In this document: piece by piece, positions 1 through 7,042 of the stretch
Position numbering within the stretch: position 1 is the stretch's first letter
How the letters are laid out: every line of letters begins with the position of its first letter
From: Armatimonadota bacterium
GTDB taxonomy: Bacteria; Armatimonadota; Zipacnadia; Zipacnadales; UBA5352
Length of the DNA stretch: 13,740 bases
Assembly (NCBI GenBank): GCA_034722055.1
Contig: JAYENL010000050.1
Coordinates: 1-13,740, forward strand
Direction: 5' to 3'
The notes under the pieces: generated by a model
What the model was told of the DNA's origin: nothing
Databases searched by the model: none
The model's input: the letters and a program-made list of their open reading frames with translations, nothing else
Made by a program: the position numbers and the translations under genes

Positions 1-2
1 AG

Positions 3-131
3 CCGAAGCCGGCCCGGCCGTTGGCCGTCCAGGCCGCCGATTGCGTCACTTCGCCTGCAGCGGGCCGACTTCGCGCGCTCCTGAGGAGCGCCCTCAGGCG
101 GCCCCTCCACGGCCAACAGCCCTCCGCGTGA
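3..131 (+). CDS. Possible 3' end of a convergent gene entering from the left edge (partial, unknown product)
   Basis: Frame +3 is open from the edge to TGA at 129-131 with mostly G/C third positions (PKPARPLAVQAADCVTSPAAGRLRALLRSALRRPLHGQQPSA*). No recognisable motif. Confidence 0.3.
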   Translation, partial: PKPARPLAVQAADCVTSPAAGRLRALLRSALRRPLHGQQPSA

Positions 132-159
132 GACCGAAGGTCTCCGTGGGTAAAGTAGG

Positions 160-406
160 GCCGTACGGAAGGCCGGCGTGCCCACGCCGCCCGCCGTTCC
201 TCTCCGCCATCCAGCCAGGCTGGCACCCTCGCTGAGACGCAGGGCCCCAGCAACAGCCGGCGGGCTGGGCAGCCCGCCGCTCCGTACGACATCACGGCGA
301 CGGCCGACGAGAATGATCGGCGTGGCAGGCGTGCGCGCCCTCAAACAGCCCCGCACGCCGCGCCTTTGCCGTACGGAGGGGCGGCGTGCCCACGCCGCCC
401 GCCGTT
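160..406. repeat. Cluster of three 39-bp REP-like palindromic elements (160-198 +, 252-290 -, 368-406 +)
   Basis: 160-198 and 368-406 match at 37/39 nt; 252-290 is an inverted variant. Each has CGTACGGA(G/A), a 9-bp stem, a GCCC loop and a GC(C/T)GTT tail. Confidence 0.85.
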
Positions 407-423
407 GTCGTGCCGTATGGTCG

Positions 424-1926
424 TCAACGATTGAGGCCTGTCGAGATCATCGCCCAGATGATCAGCAGCTCCAGCGCGGTCGGCAGCCCGGCGCCGACCA
501 CGCACAGCACCGTGAGGAGACTCCTGCCCTGGCGCCGCCACGTCCAGATGGCGGTGCCCAGCGCCACCGGCGCAGCCGCCGCAAACAGCACCAGCAGCAA
601 CGGCTGCGCGGCGCGCACGAGCCGCTGCCTGATCTCCGGGGCCGGGTCTGTGCTGGCGAAGACGATCTGCGTCGAGTCCGGCGACCATGAGAACGCTGAC
701 GGCATCATGATAGAGCCCGGTCCCGAAGATCGGAGAGCGGAAGACGCGCCCGAACTCAGGAGCCCGGGCAGCAAACTCCGCAGCCACTCAATGGGGCTCG
801 GGAGCTTTCCCCTGTGAACGGGCGTCCGCTCAACATACACCGTGGCGACGCTCCGCACCTCGCCAGTGCCGGCGTCTGCGACCAGTATCTCGGGCCAGTC
901 TGCACGGTATACCCCGAACGCTAGGCGGGACCCGTCCGGCGACCAGGTGAGCGACCAAACCTTCCTCAGCCAGACACCGGGGACCGAGCACAGGCGTCTG
1001 TCACTACCTCCAGTGGGGCTGACGAGCCTGATCTCGTCGCCGAGCGCCCCGACATAGGCGATCGTATCCTCCTTTGGCGACCATACCGGCTCGGTGCCTT
1101 CGTTCACCGCCGAGGGGCGAGCGTCCCCACCATCGGTCGGCACCACATAGATGCCGTCACCCTTTTCGCCCGTCCCCGAGACCGCCAGTTCGCGGCCATC
1201 GGGTGACCACGAGACATGCGGGACGCACCCCAGGTCGGTGTCGAGGCGCCGGATGGCGCCGTCGGCGACGGAGACAAGCTCAATCATCGGATCCCCGCCG
1301 GAGGAATCGTCCCCGCGGCAGGCGATGGTTGTCCCGTCCGGCGACCAGACGGGATCGAACAGGTATGACTGGTCATCTGGCAGCAGCTCTCGAGTCTCGC
1401 CGCCCTCGACATCGACCATGAGCAGATTCCAACGCATCTCGTGGGGCGGCGTCCCCTCAATGATCGAGCCCTCAAGGGTCGGGAAGGCGATCTGGGTGCC
1501 GTCCGGCGACCAGAGCACATGGCCGCTTGCCTGCGACCCGCCCTCCAGGCGAGTGACCTGGCCGGTTCGGACATCGACGAGGAGAACGCCAGGAGCGAAT
1601 TGATCTTCGGTGTAGCCGTTCACGGCCACTCGGGTGCCGTCCGGAGACCAGGCACAGGCGCCGTAGCGGCCGGGCTTGCGCACCAGCGTGCGCTTCTGAC
1701 CGGTCTCCACGTTGACCGTGAAGAGCCGGTCTGCGTACACGGGAGGTGAGACCACCGTCACCGGCCCGAGCCATGCGCTCAGGGGAATACTCGCGGTCGC
1801 GAAGGTCAGCGACGCCCCCGCGAGACCCACCGCCCACGCTGGCGGCCGGCGCTCCGCCCGCCTCGCCAGCAGGCCTGCTATGAGACCCACCGCGACGGCT
1901 ATCACAGCCGCGATGATGAACGCCAT
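424..1926 (-). CDS. Membrane-anchored TolB-like / PD40-repeat beta-propeller protein
   Basis: Seven W-S-P-D/K motifs (AWSPDG, LWSPDG, VWSPDG, SWSPDG, VWSPKE, TWSPDG, SWSPDS). Two hydrophobic helices at the N-terminus and two at the C-terminus. GGGGG RBS-like tract before the ATG. Confidence 0.85.
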   Translation of the reverse strand: MAFIIAAVIAVAVGLIAGLLARRAERRPPAWAVGLAGASLTFATASIPLSAWLGPVTVVSPPVYADRLFTVNVETGQKRTLVRKPGRYGACAWSPDGTRVAVNGYTEDQFAPGVLLVDVRTGQVTRLEGGSQASGHVLWSPDGTQIAFPTLEGSIIEGTPPHEMRWNLLMVDVEGGETRELLPDDQSYLFDPVWSPDGTTIACRGDDSSGGDPMIELVSVADGAIRRLDTDLGCVPHVSWSPDGRELAVSGTGEKGDGIYVVPTDGGDARPSAVNEGTEPVWSPKEDTIAYVGALGDEIRLVSPTGGSDRRLCSVPGVWLRKVWSLTWSPDGSRLAFGVYRADWPEILVADAGTGEVRSVATVYVERTPVHRGKLPSPIEWLRSLLPGLLSSGASSALRSSGPGSIMMPSAFSWSPDSTQIVFASTDPAPEIRQRLVRAAQPLLLVLFAAAAPVALGTAIWTWRRQGRSLLTVLCVVGAGLPTALELLIIWAMISTGLNR

Positions 1927-1965
1927 GCTCGCACCCCCATCGTCACGCGACGCGGATCGTAGAGC

Positions 1966-2751
1966 CTACTCGATCAGGAAGGCAACCTCCACCTCGGCGG
2001 AGATATGCAGCGCGCCAGGCACCTCCGGCTCGGCGGTGATCTCTCCCCCGGCCGCCGGCGGCTCCGCCGCAGGCTCCATCATCGGCTCCTCCGCCATCCC
2101 CGCCTCCGCGGCCGGCATGCCGTAGTCGTAGCGATAGCCGCCGTAGGGCTGGGAGATGCGCTGCACGCCCACGATCCTGGCGCCCGCGGCCCCGGCCATC
2201 TCCTGCGCCTTCAGCCGCGCGGCCTGCGTGGCCTCCGCGAGCGCCCGCGCCCGCACCGGCGTGTCGTCCTCGAGCTCGAACGTGAGGTCATGAAGCCGGG
2301 TGGCGCCGGCGGCGATTGCGCTGTCAACCACATCCGGGAGCTTGTCGAAGTCCTCGTTCTTCAGGGTCACGCGCAGCCAGTGGTAGGCCTTGTAGCCGAG
2401 CAGCTCGGTCCGACGCGTCTGGTAGTTGTACTCCTGGGCCTCGCCCAGGTACAGCTCCGAGGTCTCGATAGCATCCTCACCGACGCCGAGGTCGGCGAGG
2501 GCGGCCTTGATGCTCGCCACCCCCTTCCTCACCTCGGTGGCGGCGGCCGTCGGCGTGTCCCTGGTGGCCTTGACGCCCAGCGAGATCCTGGCGATGTCCG
2601 GCTCCACCTCCACCTCCGCGCTTCCGCTGGCCACCAGCACGCGCCGCGGCGCGAGCTCCCGGTGCCGCACCACGGCTGCATCCACCAGCGCGGCCAGCAC
2701 CGCCAGCGCCAGCACGATCACGACAGCTCTGCTCACTGCGTCGCCCTGCAC
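1966..2751 (-). CDS. SIMPL domain-containing protein (DUF541, YggE/BP26-like)
   Basis: Motifs SGSAEVEVEPDIARISLGV, GY...LRVTL, DSAIAAGA, ALAEATQAARLKAQEMAGAAG and C-terminal ISAEVEVAF. N-terminal hydrophobic anchor. Start moved to GTG at 2751 behind an AAAGGGGG RBS, which removes the overlap with the upstream gene. Confidence 0.92.
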   Translation of the reverse strand: MQGDAVSRAVVIVLALAVLAALVDAAVVRHRELAPRRVLVASGSAEVEVEPDIARISLGVKATRDTPTAAATEVRKGVASIKAALADLGVGEDAIETSELYLGEAQEYNYQTRRTELLGYKAYHWLRVTLKNEDFDKLPDVVDSAIAAGATRLHDLTFELEDDTPVRARALAEATQAARLKAQEMAGAAGARIVGVQRISQPYGGYRYDYGMPAAEAGMAEEPMMEPAAEPPAAGGEITAEPEVPGALHISAEVEVAFLIE

Positions 2752-2797
2752 GGTCGTGCCCCCTTTCTGTTTGTCGCACGCTCCCGTCGCCCGGCGA

Positions 2798-3922
2798 TCA
2801 CTGTTTCGGCGCGTACGTCTCCGGCCTCTCCAGGATCTTGAGCTCCTCGATGGCGCCATCCACGGCCCTCAGCTCCTGCTTCAGGGCCTCGATGGCGGAG
2901 CGGTCCTCGCCGCGATCGGCAAAGCGCCCGTCCTGCTCCGTGACCCAGAGGCTGGTGGCCTCCAGCGTGGAGTCGATCCTGGAGAGGCGCAGCAGATACC
3001 GCTGCTCGGCGGCCTCGGTGTCCTCCACCGCCTCGCGCAGGCGCCGACGGGCATCCAGCACCGACCGGAGCTCCTGGCGGACATCGTCGCGCTCAGCCTC
3101 CTGCAGCCGGGCCTGGGTCTGCGCGATCTCGTCGTCCAGCCGGTCGCGGTCGATGCGCCCGGCCACGCGCCGGAAGCCGCCGATGCGCTCGGCAAGCTCC
3201 CGGGCGCCGTCGCGGAGGTGCCGGAGCTGCCGCTCGTGCTCGCCGGTGTCCCAGTCGCTCTCCCGAACGCTGTCCATGGCGGTAGTGTAGCTGCGCTCGA
3301 TGCGTCCGAGAAGCTCGCGGACGTCGGCCATCCTGCGGCGGGCCTGCCGCCACAGGCCGAAGGCCCCCAGCCCGAGGGCTGCGATGCCCACGATGCCGCC
3401 GATGATGAGCCACGGCGGCGGGCCCTGGGGGCTGGCCCGCCAGAGCTGCAGGCGAAGGTTGCCGCTGAGGGACTGGCGAACCTCGGAGGGGGTGATGATG
3501 AACTCGGTGACGAAGCCGTCCACGTCCACCCAGGCGCTGACCGAGGCCGGCGTCCCGGCGCCCTCCGGCAGCCGCAGGACGTAGCGGTGGGCGGCGCGAT
3601 TCTCGGCCATGACCTCCATCTCGGCCGGCGACCACCTGACGAAGCTGTGCGGCTGGCCGGGGCCCTCGCCGATGGAGCTGAACAGCGCATCGTAGGTGCG
3701 GCCGTTGTAGGAGCACTGGAAGCTGCCGGCCAGGACCGCGCGCAGCTCCCGCGGCCGAGCGCCCTCAGGCACCTGCAGCGCCACCTCCCGGCCGGTCATC
3801 GGCACATCCGCCGCGGCGACGCGCTCAAAGCCCGACAGCTCGGCGCAGGGAGCCGGTGACACCAGGATCGCGAACACGGCTACAGCCGCGGCAATCCGCA
3901 GTACACGTGCCCACAGGTCCAT
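2798..3922 (-). CDS. Hypothetical membrane protein: signal peptide, exported domain, one TM helix, cytoplasmic coiled-coil
   Basis: Signal-like N-terminus (LRIAAAVAVFAILVSPAPCA), TM helix WLIIGGIVGIAALGLGAFGLW followed by RQARRR, then a long heptad-rich helical C-terminus. GAGGGGG RBS overlaps the vWA stop; high GC3. Confidence 0.85.
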   Translation of the reverse strand: MDLWARVLRIAAAVAVFAILVSPAPCAELSGFERVAAADVPMTGREVALQVPEGARPRELRAVLAGSFQCSYNGRTYDALFSSIGEGPGQPHSFVRWSPAEMEVMAENRAAHRYVLRLPEGAGTPASVSAWVDVDGFVTEFIITPSEVRQSLSGNLRLQLWRASPQGPPPWLIIGGIVGIAALGLGAFGLWRQARRRMADVRELLGRIERSYTTAMDSVRESDWDTGEHERQLRHLRDGARELAERIGGFRRVAGRIDRDRLDDEIAQTQARLQEAERDDVRQELRSVLDARRRLREAVEDTEAAEQRYLLRLSRIDSTLEATSLWVTEQDGRFADRGEDRSAIEALKQELRAVDGAIEELKILERPETYAPKQ

Positions 3923-3934
3923 CGAATCGCCCCC

Positions 3935-5638
3935 TCAGTGGGTGCGCTGATAGGCCGAGTAGGTCAGGGACTTGACGAGATACTCGCCCAGCTCGGGGTC
4001 TCCGGCGTAGCGGGTGTCCATCTGCGCGATGACCTGCTTGTAGGCCGCCAGCAGGTCGCCGTCCCGGTCCACGTCGGCGTCCCGCCACTTCCTGGCCGCG
4101 ATCCCCAGCACCGCCATCTGCTCATCGATGACCCTCGCGGCCTCGCCGGGCTTGTTCTCGCCGATCAGCGCCGCCGCGCGCTTGAGGGCCTCGCCGGTCT
4201 CAAAGCCCAGCATATTCTTCCTCACCGGCCAGCGGGTGGATGCCACCGACGCGCCCTCGGTGCCGGTGTACTCGATGCGTACCTCCGCATGGGCCTCCCG
4301 GTTGGCGGGGAAGACCAGGTCCTTGTACTTGAGGTAGACATCGGCCACCGTCCGGCTGCCGCTGCCGGGCGGCACCTTGATCTCCAGCATCACCACGTGG
4401 CTGTCGCCCATCACGAACTGGGGGATGAGCATCTTGATGCCCGGCTCGTCCTCGATCTCCTGCCGGTCGGTGGTGATGCCAAGCTCGCGGTAGACGCGCT
4501 CGTCGAGCGTCCGCTCGGTCCGCTTGGCGGCCTGGACCTGCTCCTCCTCAAGCGCCGTAGTGCCCAGGACGCGGATGAGCTGCACGTCATCGGCGAGCTT
4601 GATGCGCAGGCGGAGGGCCCGGGCCACCAGGTGCGTCAGCTCCTCCAGCTCCTCGCGGAAGATGTCGCTGATGGCCGCCGCCTCGCGGATGAAGTGGTAG
4701 TTGCCCTTCCCCTCCCGGGCGACGGTCATCATCAGCTCCTCGTCGTAGTCCAGGCCCATCCCCACGGCCGTGGTCTCGATGCCCTCGTCGAACTTGCCGG
4801 CCGCCAGCCGCGCGAAGGCCGACGGGTCCGCGATGCCGGCCGTCACCATCCCGTCCGAGAGCAGCATGACCTTGTTGATGGCCTCCGCATCGAAGTTCCT
4901 CGCCACCTGGGCGTAGCCGGCCTGCAGCCCGGCATGGATGTCCGTGGAGCCGCCCGGCTGCAGCGACGCCAGCCGATCGCGGATGGCCTGCTTGTCGCGC
5001 GCCTTCGTTGCCTCCACCAGCACCTGCACGCGATCGTCGTAGGCCACCACCGCGATGGTGTCGCTCTCCGCCAGCCGGTTCACCACCTCCACGGCGGCCT
5101 TGCGAGCGTAGCCGATCTTGTCCTCATCGCCCATGGAGCCGCTGCGGTCCACCACCAGGCAGATGTTCAGCGGCGGCCGGCGCGGTGCCTCGCGCTTGAT
5201 GCCCTGCAGCCCCACCTGCAGGTGCGTTTTGCCGCCATCGCTGATGATATTGGCCCGCTCGGTCTCGGCGGTGAGGCTCAGGGCGCGGTCGGTGGGAATC
5301 TTGAAGGGCTGACTGTACTCCCGGCTGAAGGCGGCCAGCTTCACCTGCTTGCCATCCACCACCACCCCCTCCTCCACCAGCTTCGCCAGCCGCTCCCGAG
5401 CGCCACGGCCGCCCACGTAGGTGCTCTGCACATAGGCGTCAGGGTCGATGGCCTCCTCGGCCTCGCCCTCCGGTGCGGCCTCTTCGGCCATTGGCCCCGG
5501 AGGCGCCTCCGCCTCCATCATCATCGGCTCCTCAACCGGCTGCTCCTTCTTGGGGCACCCGGCGAGGGTCATAAGCACCGCCGATGCGAGGATGAGCCCG
5601 AGGAGTGGCTTCACGACGCGGTCACATGAGCGCTTCAT
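3935..5638 (-). CDS. von Willebrand factor type A domain lipoprotein (YfbK-like)
   Basis: Complete MIDAS motif (VVDRSGSM, GGST, LLSDG), PLNICLVVD and GKGNYHFI. Lipobox LAGC. Start moved to ATG at 5638 behind a GGGAGGT RBS (567 aa). Confidence 0.93.
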   Translation of the reverse strand: MKRSCDRVVKPLLGLILASAVLMTLAGCPKKEQPVEEPMMMEAEAPPGPMAEEAAPEGEAEEAIDPDAYVQSTYVGGRGARERLAKLVEEGVVVDGKQVKLAAFSREYSQPFKIPTDRALSLTAETERANIISDGGKTHLQVGLQGIKREAPRRPPLNICLVVDRSGSMGDEDKIGYARKAAVEVVNRLAESDTIAVVAYDDRVQVLVEATKARDKQAIRDRLASLQPGGSTDIHAGLQAGYAQVARNFDAEAINKVMLLSDGMVTAGIADPSAFARLAAGKFDEGIETTAVGMGLDYDEELMMTVAREGKGNYHFIREAAAISDIFREELEELTHLVARALRLRIKLADDVQLIRVLGTTALEEEQVQAAKRTERTLDERVYRELGITTDRQEIEDEPGIKMLIPQFVMGDSHVVMLEIKVPPGSGSRTVADVYLKYKDLVFPANREAHAEVRIEYTGTEGASVASTRWPVRKNMLGFETGEALKRAAALIGENKPGEAARVIDEQMAVLGIAARKWRDADVDRDGDLLAAYKQVIAQMDTRYAGDPELGEYLVKSLTYSAYQRTH

Positions 5639-5673
5639 TCCCAAGCACCTCCCTGTTGGAGTCGCCTCATGGG

Positions 5674-5702
5674 TTAGAGCGCTCCGGTGCGCGGCATGTT
5701 CC
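5674..5702 (-). promoter_or_regulatory. Candidate ECF-sigma promoter (GGAACAT-N17-TCTAA) for the vWA cluster
   Basis: Minus strand reads GGAACATgccgcgcaccggagcgcTCTAA, about 35 nt upstream of the vWA ATG. Resembles the sigmaE-type GGAACTT...TCAAA/TCTAA consensus. Confidence 0.35.
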
Positions 5703-5708
5703 ATGGGA

Positions 5709-5773
5709 AGGTCGGGGCGGCCCATCGCAGATCGCGGTCCTCGGCTCGCGAGCCATAACCGACGCCCCGACCT
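5709..5773. repeat. Intergenic inverted repeat / stem-loop
   Basis: Perfect 11-bp arms AGGTCGGGGCG (5709-5719) and CGCCCCGACCT (5763-5773) enclose the palindrome GGCTCGCGAGCC (5743-5754). Confidence 0.5.
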
Positions 5774-5814
5774 GGAGGCGGACCTGCGACGTGGCCTCCG
5801 TGCTCTGCTCGACC

Positions 5815-7014
5815 TCATCCCCCGGAGACGTGTACGTTGGTGAGCGCGACACCACGAACGTGCTCCGACCCCGACGCATAGGACACTGCCTCGCCAGCCA
5901 CGTCGTAGCGGATGACATTGCTGATGGCCGAGTCGCAGAGCGAGCCGCCAATGAGAATGGTGTGCTCTGACCTGCTGATGACATTGTTGACGATGATTCG
6001 GGAGGTGTCGCCCAGCGGTGCCACGCCCTCCCCATAGGCGTGGTCTCCGATCTTCACGGCAGCCTTGCAGCGTACCTCGGCGGGCGACGTGTCGATCAGC
6101 CCGTCGAGGACAATGTCGTGCATCCGCGCGCCGGACGTGTTCAGCAGCCTGACGATGTGATGTCCGCCCCTGCAGTAGCCCCGGATGTTGCGGATGATGA
6201 CATGCCGGATGTCGTCCCGTCCCTCTCCCCGGTCTCTGGCGCCACTGACCATCGTGGAGTTGACCGCACCGGCCACACTGTCGGGATTGGGGATAGCCGT
6301 CAGGGCGATCAGGTCATCGCCGGTGTAGCCCGTGATGTTCTCGACGAGGATGTCATGGCAACCCAGTCGCAGATCGATCCCATCCTGGTTGAGGATCGTC
6401 CGCTCAACGCCATCGATCAGCTTCACTTCACTGGACGCGAAGTCAATGTCGCGCAGGACTCCGTGGGCGCAACGCTCCAGCGAGATCCCCCAGCAATGGG
6501 AGTCCTTCGTGGCGATGTTACTAATGCTGAACTCCTCCACGAAGGCCATGAGGATCCCTATGTTCCGCCAGTCCCCCGTCTGACTCACTCCCGACACGCC
6601 GGCATCGGTGCCGAAGGTTCGCTCGCCGAGCGTCTTGGCGCCGTCTCCCGTTGCTCGGGGATGGTCGGCGCCCTCCAGCAATACGTCCCCTGCGCCGCGG
6701 ATGTGAATCCCACGGATGGGCTCGATCTCCGTGATGCCCCGCCCACAGTTTGCGCTGCGTATCATGTTGTCCCGGCACCGGTCGCTCAGCTTGATGTGGC
6801 AGTTGTCGAGCTCCAGGACGGTGTCGCCGGGCACGAGGATCGCGGAGTCGAGCAGCCACAGGTCCCGGGCGCCGTCGGGGGCGAGGTTGCGGCGTGGGAT
6901 GATCACGCGCCTGCCGGTGCCCGCGGCGGCCTGCATTGCCTGGTTGATCCGATCAACGTCCGAACCTGCGAAGTCATTTGGGGTAACGGATGACTGCTTG
7001 CCCACAGCGAGCAT
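5815..7014 (-). CDS. GH28-like / pectin-lyase-fold (parallel beta-helix) protein
   Basis: N-terminal SDVDRINQAM..GRRVIIP; GH28-type motifs NQDGIDL and TGDDLIAL; repeated IxNI beta-helix rungs. AAGGAGGAG RBS before ATG 7014 (GTG 7005 is an alternative start). No signal peptide. Confidence 0.85.
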   Translation of the reverse strand: MLAVGKQSSVTPNDFAGSDVDRINQAMQAAAGTGRRVIIPRRNLAPDGARDLWLLDSAILVPGDTVLELDNCHIKLSDRCRDNMIRSANCGRGITEIEPIRGIHIRGAGDVLLEGADHPRATGDGAKTLGERTFGTDAGVSGVSQTGDWRNIGILMAFVEEFSISNIATKDSHCWGISLERCAHGVLRDIDFASSEVKLIDGVERTILNQDGIDLRLGCHDILVENITGYTGDDLIALTAIPNPDSVAGAVNSTMVSGARDRGEGRDDIRHVIIRNIRGYCRGGHHIVRLLNTSGARMHDIVLDGLIDTSPAEVRCKAAVKIGDHAYGEGVAPLGDTSRIIVNNVISRSEHTILIGGSLCDSAISNVIRYDVAGEAVSYASGSEHVRGVALTNVHVSGG

Positions 7015-7042
7015 CTCCTCCTTATCGTGGCGAACAGCGCCC

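Noticed and set aside
76..145. Hammerhead ribozyme core (CTGAGGA at 81-87) with nearby hairpins
   Set aside because: There is no stem II followed by GAAA and no consistent three-way junction.
3938..5629. 563-aa plus-strand ORF, and similar long ORFs at 2005-2841, 2426-3859, 6040-6993, 6716-7879, 7895-9055 and 9978-10943
   Set aside because: Antisense shadows of well-supported minus-strand genes in high-GC DNA, with no motifs of their own.
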